From contig JADGAT010000016.1 in assembly GCA_015231885.1 (NCBI GenBank), positions 660 through 64,659 of the forward strand: a DNA stretch of 64,000 nt, given 5' to 3'. Made by a program: the position numbers and the translations under genes. Below the pieces are notes generated by a model, which was given only the letters and a program-made list of their open reading frames with translations, had not been told where the DNA came from and searched no databases. Positions 37,538 to 47,861 of the stretch are shown piece by piece. Source of the stretch: SAR324 cluster bacterium. Lineage in GTDB: Bacteria; SAR324; NAC60-12. How positions within the stretch are numbered: position 1 is the stretch's first letter; each line of letters starts with the position of its first letter.

Positions 37538-38611
37538 CTATCGTGCCAATCGCATGACCTCTGGGGCAATGTTACGCAGAGAGAGTATGTGATCGGCAGC
37601 ACCCAGCTTGATTGCTTCTTTGGGCATCCCAAACACCACACAAGATGCTTCATCCTGGGCAATAGTAATGGCCCCTGCCTCTTTCATTTCAAGCAAACCT
37701 TTTGCTCCATCATCCCCCATTCCTGTCATAATCACTCCCATCGCATTTTTTCCGGCATACCGAGACGCCGAACGAAAGAGAACATCAACGGAAGGGCGGT
37801 GACGACTGACCAGAGGCCCGGGTTTTACCTCAACGTAGTAACGGGCGCCACTGCGTTTTAGCAAGGCATGGTAATCTCCTGGAGCAATCAATGCCTGACC
37901 GCGGAGAACACTATCATTATTAGAGGCTTCTTTAACGGTGATGGCGCATGACTGATTCAAACGCTCGGCAAAGGCTGTTGTGAAATTACCAGGCATGTGC
38001 TGTACAATCACAATACCCGGAGTGTCTGCAGGGAATGCTTCCAAAAAAGTTTTTAATGCTTCGGTACCACCTGTAGAAGCACCTACCATGACCACCGTTT
38101 CTGTGGTGCGAACCATGGCACTGCCTGAGGTGGACTTAGCCAACATCGCATCTGCTGTGAGTTTTTTAGCCACCTTGACAGGTTCTGCTTTTTTGACAAC
38201 ACGTTTAGCTCGTGTCATGGCAGCAGCAACGATTGTATCGCAGATGGTTACTTTGGATTCTTCAAAAAATTGTTTGGTGCCCAATTTGGGTTTTTGAATG
38301 ATTTCAATGGCCCCATATTCCATTGCTTTGAGAGCGGTTTCTGACCCCATTTCTGTCAAACTGGAACACATTACTACGGGAATCGGATGCTGGCTCATGA
38401 TCTTTTTCAAGAAAGTGATTCCATCCATACGCGGCATTTCAACATCCAGGGTGATTACATCGGGCACATTGTCCCGTAACTTTTGTGCTGCAACAAAAGG
38501 ATCGGATGCTGTCGCCATCACTTCAATTCGGGAGTCCGACTCTAGTATATCACAAAGAGTTTGGCGAACCACAGCAGAGTCATCGACAATCAATACTTTA
38601 ATTTTACCAGT
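37538..38611 (-). CDS. cheB: CheB-type response-regulator protein-glutamate methylesterase
   Basis: REC domain '[14 protein letters not shown]'. CheB methylesterase domain with 'GASTGG' Ser and 'VVFGMP'. Start taken at MTGKIKV. Confidence 0.8.
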   Translation of the reverse strand, partial: TGKIKVLIVDDSAVVRQTLCDILESDSRIEVMATASDPFVAAQKLRDNVPDVITLDVEMPRMDGITFLKKIMSQHPIPVVMCSSLTEMGSETALKAMEYGAIEIIQKPKLGTKQFFEESKVTICDTIVAAAMTRAKRVVKKAEPVKVAKKLTADAMLAKSTSGSAMVRTTETVVMVGASTGGTEALKTFLEAFPADTPGIVIVQHMPGNFTTAFAERLNQSCAITVKEASNNDSVLRGQALIAPGDYHALLKRSGARYYVEVKPGPLVSRHRPSVDVLFRSASRYAGKNAMGVIMTGMGDDGAKGLLEMKEAGAITIAQDEASCVVFGMPKEAIKLGAADHILSLRNIAPEVMRLAR

Positions 38612-38791
38612 CATTTTCGTCTTTGGCCAGATAGAGTAGTGACACGAATGCAATTGTCCAACGATTCTGGACCTGCGCTTATGAAATAAAGTACCGTAAA
38701 ATGGCATAAAACTGAAGAAGAATCGTAAGGGATTTTAGAATCAAGCGAACTTTTGTAAAGTCAGTACTTTATTGTATGATGATGTTTTATT

Positions 38792-39907
38792 CTAGCTTAT
38801 ATCGGCAGATTCAGCGGTATCGGATTGCAGTTTGATAAGAATGGTTGTCCCATGGTCTGCGGAATCTTCTGTTTTTTCTTCAGACAACACTTCGATACTG
38901 CCTTCATACGCCGTCACAAAGCCCTTGACCAAAGGCATTCCGAATCCTGTTCCCTGTTCTCCGTTTGTTCCGAAACGGGTTGTTTCCTGATCAACAGCAA
39001 ATAACCGGTCTTTCAAATTTTTTGGGATGCCAATTCCATAATCGCGGATAGACAACACAACCATGCTTCCCTTTTTTTCTGCTTCAATTTTTAGGGGATT
39101 TCCTGCAAAAGAAAACTTAATGGCATTGGTCAGGATGTTGTTGAGTACCGAATTGATCAAAGAAATTTTTTCAGCTTTCACATGAAGGGATGCATCAATA
39201 TGGACTGCAGGAAAAATTTCTTTTTCCGTCAATTTATATTGAAGCATCTCCAAAGATTGCTCCACCGCATCACTCAGATTGATCCCAGTCAATACGATTT
39301 TATGCTTGCCTGTGCTGATGGCCCTGAGTGTTCTGACCAGCTTAATGATGTTGCTGGCATGTTGCAAAACAGAGACAATATTTTCTTTTCGTTCAAACAG
39401 CTCTTGTGGATTTTTGGCAAACTGCAAACCGGTTTGTGCTGCCCAGATGGGATTACTCAGATCATGGCAGAGAATATGGAGTATCTCTTCCCGTTCCTGA
39501 CTTTGTCGAAGAATGGTTTTTCTGCTCAAGTTCAATTCCAGGTGGGTCCGTACCCTGGCCAGCAATTCGGCGGAATTAAATGGTTTGGTCACATAGTCAA
39601 CGGCTCCCAGTTCAAATCCTTTGACCAGATCATCTGTTTCATTCTTTGCGGTCAAGAAAATCACAGGAATATTGCTGGTGGTTTCTAAGCCTTTGAGTTG
39701 TTTACATGCTTCAAACCCATCCATAACAGGCATCATCACATCCAATAAAATCAGATCTGGCTGCACCGCCTGTGCCGCTTTCACGGCCTCAGCTCCATTA
39801 GTAGCTACCACAATTTTATAATTTTGTTCATTGAGCATTTGTCCCAGCACTTGAATATTTTTGGGATTGTCATCAACAATAAGAATGTGCATGTCTTTCA
39901 ATTTCAT
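38792..39907 (-). CDS. Response-regulator / histidine-kinase hybrid (REC-HisKA-HATPase)
   Basis: N-terminal 'ILIVDDNPKNIQVL...DLILLDVMMP' receiver. H-box 'CHDLSNPIWAAQ'. HATPase_c G-boxes. Confidence 0.8.
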   Translation of the reverse strand: MKLKDMHILIVDDNPKNIQVLGQMLNEQNYKIVVATNGAEAVKAAQAVQPDLILLDVMMPVMDGFEACKQLKGLETTSNIPVIFLTAKNETDDLVKGFELGAVDYVTKPFNSAELLARVRTHLELNLSRKTILRQSQEREEILHILCHDLSNPIWAAQTGLQFAKNPQELFERKENIVSVLQHASNIIKLVRTLRAISTGKHKIVLTGINLSDAVEQSLEMLQYKLTEKEIFPAVHIDASLHVKAEKISLINSVLNNILTNAIKFSFAGNPLKIEAEKKGSMVVLSIRDYGIGIPKNLKDRLFAVDQETTRFGTNGEQGTGFGMPLVKGFVTAYEGSIEVLSEEKTEDSADHGTTILIKLQSDTAESADIS

Positions 39908-39912
39908 CCTTT

Positions 39913-42258
39913 CTATTTCCTTTCTTGTAAAAGGGAACGGATGGTTTTGAGGAACTTTGGAAACTCTTTCATCGTAAGCTGCATCTCCTCAATATCGAAC
40001 CGACTGGCCTGATCATAGACATCGGCCCCCCATTTTTCTAATGCAGGATATTCATAACTGGCACCCAAATCAACGATCTCCATAGCGGATTGCTGGATAT
40101 CAGGAATCACCAGTACCTCACGAAGTGTTTCCCATTTCGTCAATGCGTCGGCCAAGATATCTAGCAATTCTGACAACTGTTCCTGATTGTTTTGTGGAAG
40201 AAGAAATTCGTTGACATGCGTCCCGTCTGGCTGGTCTTTTTTAGCCAAACCTCCATGATAGTGATGTTTGAGAAAGCTGGATATCAGGCGAACCAATTGG
40301 ACATGAGTGACCGGTTTTCTTAAAAACCCGTCACACATTTTTAAAAAATTATTTTCTGCCTGTTTCATTCCTGCCGCTGTCAAAGCAATCACCGGAATGT
40401 CCTGGGTGCTCACATCGGCTTTGAGTATTTTGGTAGCTTCTTCCCCATTCAAAACCGGCATTTTGATATCCATCAAAATCAAATCAGGAACATGGTTTCT
40501 CGCTTTTTCAACAGCTTGCTGCCCATTCTCTGCTTCCAGAAAATGGAAATCATATGAGGCTAGAAATCCTTTGACCAGCTTACGGTTGGTTGCAACGTCA
40601 TCCACTATCAAAATAGCAGCAGGCTCAAACTCAACAAGATTCACATCCATTGTCGTTATTTCAGGTGCCTTCCCATCACCTGAAACAGCCACATCGACTT
40701 TTTCGAGCACAACATGAAAGCCGCTGCCGACACCTAATGTGGAAGTTACAAAAATGCGGCCACCCATCATCTCGACAAGGCGCTTGGTAATGGCCAATCC
40801 CAGCCCTGTCCCGCCATATTCATTAATATTCTGCCCCTTTTGCTGTTCAAAGGCTTCAAAGATTGCGTGCAGTTGGCCTTCAGAAATGCCAATCCCCGTA
40901 TCTTCCACAGAAAAATTTAAATCAATCTGACTGTGATCCTCTTTAGTCGATTGTTTGCTGACAGATAATCGGATAGATCCTGTTTTCGTAAACTTGACTG
41001 AATTTCCGACAAGGTTCAGCAGGATCTGACGCAGCCTGACTTCATCCAATAACAGCGCTTTGGGGAGGTCCGGATCAATATTGATTTGAAACTCCAGGCC
41101 TTTTTCCGCAATTTTATGTGAAAAAACCTGCTGCATTTCCTCAAAGACAATATGAGGATTGAAGACATGGTACTCCAATTCCAGCTTTCCAGCTTCCACT
41201 TTGGAGAGATCTAGAATATCATTGATCAGGGTAAGGAGTGATTTCCCACTGGCTTGAATCGAATCCAGGTAATCCTTTTGCAGTTCATCAACCGTTTGTC
41301 TGCTAAGGAGCTCGGTGAAGCCAAGAATAGCATTCATCGGAGTGCGGATTTCATGACTCATGTTGGCCAAAAATTCACTTTTTGCCTTGTTAGCCGCATC
41401 GGCCTCCTGGCGTGCCTTGTCTAATTCCACATTCTTGAACTCCATGTCGTTTGCGTATTTATTGAGCGTTGCCGCATATTTTTCTGCTTCTTCTTTTGCT
41501 TCTTCCAGTTCTGCTGTCCTTAATTTGACACGTTCCTCCAACTGTTGATTTAGTTGGTTCAGTGCTGCACTGGTTGTTTGTTGTTCATTCATTTTTGTGT
41601 GAATGACTTGCTGCATTTTCTCGAAACTTCTTGCCAAAATCCCCAGTTCATCGGTTCGGGAGGTTTCCAGCAATTCTTTTAGATGACCCGCTGAGATATT
41701 TTCTATATTACGAGTCAGGGCTTTGATTGGCCGAGAAACCGTCCACTCCAGTAAAACTGCCAAAACAGGAAGCATGGCAAGGATCAGCACGATCATCCTG
41801 GTGGCCACTTGTTGCAGTTCCCTTGCAATTTGTTCTCTCATGAACTTATCCGTCAGATGGACTTCGACGGTGCCAAGCTTTTTATCTTTATTGTACAGGG
41901 GGAATGCTTGGCCGATAAAGGAAGGAATACTGTTATCTTTGCTGATATCTGCCAATGCCCATTGATTGTCTCTGGTTTTGCCAAAAGCAGAATCATCATG
42001 AGCATAGTGGATGATGATCGCAGCAACGTTTTTATTGCCCATTTCGGCTCGGATCAATTCCTCTGTTGCGTCTTCATCAAAAGACCAAACCGGATAGACC
42101 AAACTCTTGCCCACCCTTTCAGAAATTTTGGATAATTCAGTGTGGAGTTCTCCCTCCATCTGGGACTGAACCTGCTTCACTTCATAGGCTCCTGACATTA
42201 ACAGGACACAGGTCACCACCAAACAAACGATTCCATTAATTTTAACGCTTAGTGTCAT
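39913..42258 (-). CDS. Membrane hybrid sensor histidine kinase (two TM segments, periplasmic sensor, HAMP/coiled-coil, HisKA, HATPase, C-terminal REC)
   Basis: H-box 'SHEIRTPMNAILG'. 'GTGLGLAI' G2-box. Receiver 'ILIVDDVATNR...DLILMDIKMP'. Confidence 0.8.
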   Translation of the reverse strand: MTLSVKINGIVCLVVTCVLLMSGAYEVKQVQSQMEGELHTELSKISERVGKSLVYPVWSFDEDATEELIRAEMGNKNVAAIIIHYAHDDSAFGKTRDNQWALADISKDNSIPSFIGQAFPLYNKDKKLGTVEVHLTDKFMREQIARELQQVATRMIVLILAMLPVLAVLLEWTVSRPIKALTRNIENISAGHLKELLETSRTDELGILARSFEKMQQVIHTKMNEQQTTSAALNQLNQQLEERVKLRTAELEEAKEEAEKYAATLNKYANDMEFKNVELDKARQEADAANKAKSEFLANMSHEIRTPMNAILGFTELLSRQTVDELQKDYLDSIQASGKSLLTLINDILDLSKVEAGKLELEYHVFNPHIVFEEMQQVFSHKIAEKGLEFQINIDPDLPKALLLDEVRLRQILLNLVGNSVKFTKTGSIRLSVSKQSTKEDHSQIDLNFSVEDTGIGISEGQLHAIFEAFEQQKGQNINEYGGTGLGLAITKRLVEMMGGRIFVTSTLGVGSGFHVVLEKVDVAVSGDGKAPEITTMDVNLVEFEPAAILIVDDVATNRKLVKGFLASYDFHFLEAENGQQAVEKARNHVPDLILMDIKMPVLNGEEATKILKADVSTQDIPVIALTAAGMKQAENNFLKMCDGFLRKPVTHVQLVRLISSFLKHHYHGGLAKKDQPDGTHVNEFLLPQNNQEQLSELLDILADALTKWETLREVLVIPDIQQSAMEIVDLGASYEYPALEKWGADVYDQASRFDIEEMQLTMKEFPKFLKTIRSLLQERK

Positions 42259-42545
42259 TTTGAGGAATTCTGTTATGCAACTGAGATGTTATTCGACTAA
42301 TTACCCTATTTTTTTTAATGATGCAAAGTTTCTTTAATATAGCTCCCCAGAATTACATTGGCAAATCGGACTTGACATCATATACGATAGGAGCTGATGC
42401 TCTTTATCAGTGATAGCAATCCTTAATACTTTGGAGTCGACGATGGAGGGCAAGCTTGATTCTTTGGGATCCAGTACGAACGGTGGATTTGATAACGAGG
42501 GAAGGATTCTTCAAGAAATCTCGAATAAGTTGGATAAACTGTAAT

Positions 42546-44078
42546 TTAGTGATACTCCAGTTCTCCCAGTTTACGGCGTATAATTTTCCCATTAGACGTG
42601 TGGGGCAGCTGCTGAACAAAGCGTATTTCTTTGGGTCGTTTATAAACAGCCAACTGGCTGTTGACCCAGGACATGAGTTCTTCCTTGTCCAGTGAATCCG
42701 AACCTTTGGGGACAACAAAAGCCGCAATGATCGCAACATCATCAGATACGGTTATTTCAGTCACTCCAACTTCCGTAATTTGCGGATGCTTCATGAACAC
42801 GCTTTCGATTTCCAGAGGAGACGTCCGGTATCCAAATGTGTTCATCAAATCATTATTTCTTCCGTGGTACCATACGTATCCGTCCTCATCGATCTGAGCC
42901 AAGTCGCCGCCAATGAACCATTCTCCGCGAAACACTTCTTTTTCTTCTTCTTCCCTTTTCCAGTAACCCAACATCAGTCCTGGATCACTGCGGTGGATTG
43001 CCAGCAGCCCAATTTTTCCAGGAGGCAGTGGTTCCTCTCCTCCTTCGATAGGCAGGATTGTAACGTTTCTTCCTTTTTGCGGTTTCCCAGGACAGCCAGG
43101 CCTGGTTGGAACGCTAGGGCTGGAGCTGATATAGGTAGAAATCTCGCTCATTCCCAAAGCCTCATAGAGTTCGGTCCCTGCCTGCTCACGCCAGGCATCC
43201 AGAAGTGTCGGGGGAAGGGGTTCACCTGCTGTCAATCCATAACGCAATGATGAAAGATCATGTTTCTCCACATGCCCGTATTTAAGAATTTGACGGTATA
43301 AGGTAGGAACCGTCGCAAATACAGTCACTTTGTATTTTTCAATCAAGATAGGCCATACCATTGGATTTTTTTCTCCATGATAGAGCACTGTGGTCGCACC
43401 GACGGACCATGTGTCGATGAGCCCCACTCCCAGGGTGTAAGTCCAATTGAGCTGCCCAGCATGAAGCACAATATCATCATGGGTCAACCCAGACCATCCT
43501 TCGATCATCGGGCGTCGTCCCCATGCGTTGCGCTGTGCGTGCAAAACTCCTTTGGGCGTGCTGGTTGTGCCGGAGGTGTAAATCAAAAACGCAGGATCAT
43601 CAAAATGAGTCTGGGGCGCTTCGAAGGAAGGACCATGCTGGGTTTTACTGGTGAGTTCCTCAATGTCAACCACCTGGCAGTCCTTCGATAACTTACCGTC
43701 AGGTAATGAAAACGGAGTGGCCGTGATGACCATACGGGCTTCAGCATCGTTCAGCAGTGTGACAACTTCCTTGGTTGTCAATAAAGGAGAGGCTGGCAGC
43801 GGTACCAGTTCTGCGGCAATAGAAGCAAAAAAAGCCAGTGCGTAATCGGTTGTGTTGTCCAGCCGTATCATCACCCTGGAAAAACGTGGCAGATGAAACG
43901 AGCGCAGTGCCATGGCCATTTGTTGGACTGCATCATAAAAATCTCGGAATGTCCAGCGTTCATCTTCCCCATTGTCAGAAGCAAAAATCAATGCTGTTTT
44001 TTCAGGCTGGTGGACAGCGTTGTTTTCCAGGCAGTATTGTGTGATATTGAATAATTTATTTGACGGAATATCGGACAT
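42546..44078 (-). CDS. AMP-dependent acyl-CoA synthetase/ligase
   Basis: AMP-binding motif 'IYTSGTTSTPKGV' and 'GYGLTE-like' motif. 510 aa. Confidence 0.8.
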   Translation of the reverse strand: MSDIPSNKLFNITQYCLENNAVHQPEKTALIFASDNGEDERWTFRDFYDAVQQMAMALRSFHLPRFSRVMIRLDNTTDYALAFFASIAAELVPLPASPLLTTKEVVTLLNDAEARMVITATPFSLPDGKLSKDCQVVDIEELTSKTQHGPSFEAPQTHFDDPAFLIYTSGTTSTPKGVLHAQRNAWGRRPMIEGWSGLTHDDIVLHAGQLNWTYTLGVGLIDTWSVGATTVLYHGEKNPMVWPILIEKYKVTVFATVPTLYRQILKYGHVEKHDLSSLRYGLTAGEPLPPTLLDAWREQAGTELYEALGMSEISTYISSSPSVPTRPGCPGKPQKGRNVTILPIEGGEEPLPPGKIGLLAIHRSDPGLMLGYWKREEEEKEVFRGEWFIGGDLAQIDEDGYVWYHGRNNDLMNTFGYRTSPLEIESVFMKHPQITEVGVTEITVSDDVAIIAAFVVPKGSDSLDKEELMSWVNSQLAVYKRPKEIRFVQQLPHTSNGKIIRRKLGELEYH

Positions 44079-44197
44079 ATCGACTCTTAACGAACTTGGA
44101 AAAAGAGATTATCATTTCATCATTCTCCTTTGATTTCAGACATCAAATTCAAAATCAGTTCTTTCTCATAGGGTGTATTTTAGCATAAGCATTTTAC

Positions 44198-44274
44198 TGG
44201 TCGGGGTGAGGAGACTCGAACTCCTGACCTCATCGTCCCGAACGATGCGCGCTACCAGACTGCGCCACACCCCG
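44198..44274 (-). tRNA. tRNA-Pro (anticodon CGG), CCA encoded
   Basis: Minus-strand sequence CGGGGTG-TG-GCGC-AGTCTGGTA-GCGC-G-CATCG-TTCGGGA-CGATG-AGGTC-AGGAG-TTCGAGT-CTCCT-CACCCCG-A-CCA folds as a cloverleaf. It is nearly collinear with E. coli proK. Confidence 0.85.
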
Positions 44275-44342
44275 ACTGTTAGTGATAACATACCAATAAC
44301 ATCGACCGTCGTCTACTGTTGATTTTCAATTCCAATTTTTTC

Positions 44343-47300
44343 TCATAATGAATGCACATGCAGGATATCCTGTTTCAGTTGGGATTGCGCGAGTTCCACA
44401 AGATGGTGATGGTGGGAAAACAAAAGAATTTGTGTTTTTTGGGAGAGTTCTGCCAAAGTGTGCAACAAGGCTTCTGACCGTTGATCATCAAAATTAATCA
44501 AAATGTCATCCACAATAAAAGGAATAGGTTCGTGCTTTTCCAGATATTGTTCGAGGTGTGCAAGTCGTAGGGAAAGATAGAGCTGGTCCCGCGTCCCATC
44601 ACTCATCCCTTCCACCAGCACCTGTTGGCCATCAGAACGGACTCCGACCAGGATCGGCGTGTCATGCTTTGCATCAAAATCGGTTTGCAGTCCGGCAAAA
44701 GATCCCAGGGTCAATCTGGTAAAATATTGACTGGCACTGGACAGCAAAGGATCCTGCTTTTCTTTGCGATAGTACTCGATTTGCCGCTGGAGAATAAGAA
44801 AAGATAGTTGAACCAGGAGATAGCGCTCCACCCCATCCCTGATTTCTGCGGCACAATTTTCTACTTTTTCTGCCGCTTCTGCCGCTTTTCCTCCGCCATC
44901 CATATTATTCAAGGCATTGGTGTTGCTGCCAAGTTCTTTTGTCATCTCCAGCTGCTGCTGCTCCAGAGATTTGATTTGGTGTTCTGTTTCTCTGATGGTT
45001 TCTGGCAATGTATCGACATCCAGTGATTCTGTTTTGACGATGAGTTCATCAATGGCCAACCCGCCTCCATCATCAAGTAGTTGGCTTTCGACCCGTTTCA
45101 AATCTTTTTGCAGCATTTCTACTTTTAAGAAGCTCTCTTCTACTTCTTCCAACTCTTCTATTGTCTCGCACTGAGCCTTCTGGCACAGGGTTTTCAAAAT
45201 TTGGTTTGCTTCTTCTACCTCACGCCGTGCTGTATCAAATACTTTCTGACGGGCTTCCTGCTGTTGCTGATGTTCTTTTAATGAGGCAGAGTCCTGTTTT
45301 GTTTTTTCGAGCAGCGCATACATTTTGTTGACTGCTTGAGAAAGAGGGAGTTTTTCGAGCTCAGGAGCATACTGGTTCATAAAAATTTCCACTTTTTTCT
45401 CATAGCTTTCGGCATCCCGATCAATACCACGAATTCGCTTGGTGTGGCTGGCCACTTGATCTATTTTTTTAAAGAGTTCCTCCAGTTCTACCATGACTTC
45501 ATTGACTGTGGAGGGTACTTCATTTTCATTCAACCCCAATGATTGAATAGCAGAGGACCAGTTTGATTTCCAAGTTTGGAGTTCATTGATTGCCGTTTGT
45601 CTTTGTTCATGGGCATCTTTCATTTCGTTTTCAGATTGAATGAGCTGCTGCTCCAGTTGTTCTCTTTTACGATTGGACGTTTCGATGTGCTCCACCAGAG
45701 ATTCGGCACTTCCTATGAGATCATCCAGTCTATGTGTTGTGGACGTTTCCAGTTTTTGTAAATCATCATGTTCCAGGGGGTCCAATTGCTGAAGGCACTT
45801 TCTGATTGCCTGGCAATGATCCGCAATGCTTTTTTGCAAATACTCCAGCTGCGCCTGCCCCTTGCGGAATTTCTCAGCATGCTGTACAAGAAGCTGCTGT
45901 TGATCAATCCAAGTAAGCATTTCCTGAGGAGAGTATGGCGTTACTTGGATGGTATGCCAGCGTTCATTCCATGCATTTTGGCACTCGGATCGTTTTTGTT
46001 GTGTTTCCAAAATTTTTTGTTCCAATTGCCGAACATCTTCCTGGTATTTTCCTTTATCGGCAAGATAAGTTGCCTGTTGGGCCACACGCTCGGCTTCGCG
46101 GCGTAAACGGTCTGCCATTTCGTCAGCCTTCCGGACAATGCTCTGGTAGGTGTCCAGGAGTGAATGATTGAAGATGGTTTCAGTTTTCATTTCTTTTCCC
46201 GACTTTTCTTCAATGAGCATGAGGCGAATGGCTTCCCAGTCCTTATCTCTTAAAAAGCGGACCGATTCCAACTCATTTTCTGAGGGCACTGACCCGGCAA
46301 GCTCCAATTCTTTGAGTTGACGATCCAGTTCCATGACTTTATTCCTATTTTGTGTGCATTGGTTTTCTAGGGCTTTTAATTCTTGATTCAACTGTCCCAA
46401 CTCCCGATCGAATTGGTTCACCATTTCTCTAGAAGGCACTTGCAGCGTTTCTAAATCTACCAGTGTCCCAGACCACCCAGGCAAACGCTTTCGTTCAATT
46501 TCAATTTGTTTTGTTTCCTGTGCCAATTGATGCTGCAACTGCTGGTATTCCAATTCCAGGTCCCCTTGTTTTTCAGCACGTTTAACGGCTTGCTTCAATA
46601 GTGCGGGATTCTGAAATTTACCAGATTGCTTCAAAGAGTGTTGCGAGGCAGCTATGTTTTTTTCCAATTGCTTCAATTTTTTATCGGTCTGATCCTTTTG
46701 TTCAAACAGAGCCTGACGCTGATTTCCTAAATCCTGAATTCTACGACGCTGTGCTGTGGTGAGCCTCAATGATTCAACCTCAGCAAGAGGCGTATTGTAT
46801 TGGAGTTTTTTTAAAATAGTGTCCGCATCCATTTCTAACAGTTTTTGTTCTCCCTGAAGGCGAGTTCGATCTGAATGGGCTTTTTGGTAACTGCCCAGCT
46901 GCTGATGTAAATTCTGAATGATCTGTGATTGCTGGAGAAATGTTTCTGATATGTGTAACGCAGCCTTCCGTGTTTCAATTTGCTGCAGCTCTTCGCCGGT
47001 ACGATCCGCTGTATTTGAAGCAACTTTTAATTGTTCTAAAGCATTGCGGTGGGTTTTGGAAAAATCTACTGGGAGCGTGGGCAGGCTTCCCAGTTGTTGC
47101 AGTTGACTCAACAACATTTTTCGCTCGGCGATGAGCGGAATTGCCCTTAAAAAACGTTCCCATTTGTTCTTTTCTGTGCGCAGCTGGTGTATTTTTTTTG
47201 TAACCTGATCTATTTTGGTTTGAACCTCTTTGATGGTTTGTTCCAGGGCGAGCCACTGCTGGCTGGGAAGAGAGATATGAAGCTTTTCAGCTTTTGCGTC

Positions 47301-47861
47301 TTTGTAGGCATGAATGGCTTTGTTGATTATTTTTTGTCCTCTTGGGCGGAAAAGAGATTCTGCTTCTTTTTCTAAGGTGCGCATAACTTCACGCAGCTGA
47401 GTATTTCCCATTCCTGCTGAAAATAAACTCCTGCCCAATTGCCCTTGTCCCTGCAGAATGTCTTCTCCTCCGTCGTGCAAGGTTTCGTGGTTTATGCCAA
47501 AGAAGGAGGAAAAAACTTCTTTTTCCAGATTGCCCAGGAGTTTTTGTAAGACATTGTCTGGAAGCGGTTGTCCGTCGGCATCCAACAACGTGTTTTTTCT
47601 GCCTTTTCTGCGGATAAAAGAGGATTCCAAACCATTGGAGTGACGCAAGCGTGCTCCCACACGAAGTTCCTGGTTTAAATAAGTATCAGAGGATTGATGA
47701 GGAAAACCATAGAAAAACCCTGTCAAGGCACGAAGTGTTGAGCTTTTTCCCGCTTCATTCGGGCCATAAATGAGGTGTATTCCTTCTTTTCCTGCTGAAA
47801 GGTCCAATGTTTGGTGGCTGAATGAGCCATAAGCCGTCAGATCCAAATAGAGGATTTTCAT
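44343..47861 (-). CDS. sbcC: SbcC/YhaN-like AAA ATPase with a long coiled-coil (Rad50-family; no CxxC zinc hook seen)
   Basis: N-terminal Walker A 'GPNEAGKSSTLRA'. More than 900 aa of heptad-rich coiled-coil. C-terminal signature / Walker B / D-loop 'FIVDDILINFDDQR'. Confidence 0.8.
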   Translation of the reverse strand: MKILYLDLTAYGSFSHQTLDLSAGKEGIHLIYGPNEAGKSSTLRALTGFFYGFPHQSSDTYLNQELRVGARLRHSNGLESSFIRRKGRKNTLLDADGQPLPDNVLQKLLGNLEKEVFSSFFGINHETLHDGGEDILQGQGQLGRSLFSAGMGNTQLREVMRTLEKEAESLFRPRGQKIINKAIHAYKDAKAEKLHISLPSQQWLALEQTIKEVQTKIDQVTKKIHQLRTEKNKWERFLRAIPLIAERKMLLSQLQQLGSLPTLPVDFSKTHRNALEQLKVASNTADRTGEELQQIETRKAALHISETFLQQSQIIQNLHQQLGSYQKAHSDRTRLQGEQKLLEMDADTILKKLQYNTPLAEVESLRLTTAQRRRIQDLGNQRQALFEQKDQTDKKLKQLEKNIAASQHSLKQSGKFQNPALLKQAVKRAEKQGDLELEYQQLQHQLAQETKQIEIERKRLPGWSGTLVDLETLQVPSREMVNQFDRELGQLNQELKALENQCTQNRNKVMELDRQLKELELAGSVPSENELESVRFLRDKDWEAIRLMLIEEKSGKEMKTETIFNHSLLDTYQSIVRKADEMADRLRREAERVAQQATYLADKGKYQEDVRQLEQKILETQQKRSECQNAWNERWHTIQVTPYSPQEMLTWIDQQQLLVQHAEKFRKGQAQLEYLQKSIADHCQAIRKCLQQLDPLEHDDLQKLETSTTHRLDDLIGSAESLVEHIETSNRKREQLEQQLIQSENEMKDAHEQRQTAINELQTWKSNWSSAIQSLGLNENEVPSTVNEVMVELEELFKKIDQVASHTKRIRGIDRDAESYEKKVEIFMNQYAPELEKLPLSQAVNKMYALLEKTKQDSASLKEHQQQQEARQKVFDTARREVEEANQILKTLCQKAQCETIEELEEVEESFLKVEMLQKDLKRVESQLLDDGGGLAIDELIVKTESLDVDTLPETIRETEHQIKSLEQQQLEMTKELGSNTNALNNMDGGGKAAEAAEKVENCAAEIRDGVERYLLVQLSFLILQRQIEYYRKEKQDPLLSSASQYFTRLTLGSFAGLQTDFDAKHDTPILVGVRSDGQQVLVEGMSDGTRDQLYLSLRLAHLEQYLEKHEPIPFIVDDILINFDDQRSEALLHTLAELSQKTQILLFSHHHHLVELAQSQLKQDILHVHSL

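Noticed and set aside
42443-42544. 33-aa plus-strand ORF (MEGKLDSLGSSTNGGFDNEGRILQEISNKLDKL) with a GGAG 6 nt upstream, in the hybrid-kinase / acyl-CoA-synthetase intergenic region
   Set aside because: Too short and lacking any recognisable features. It could be a real small protein, but sequence alone cannot support it.
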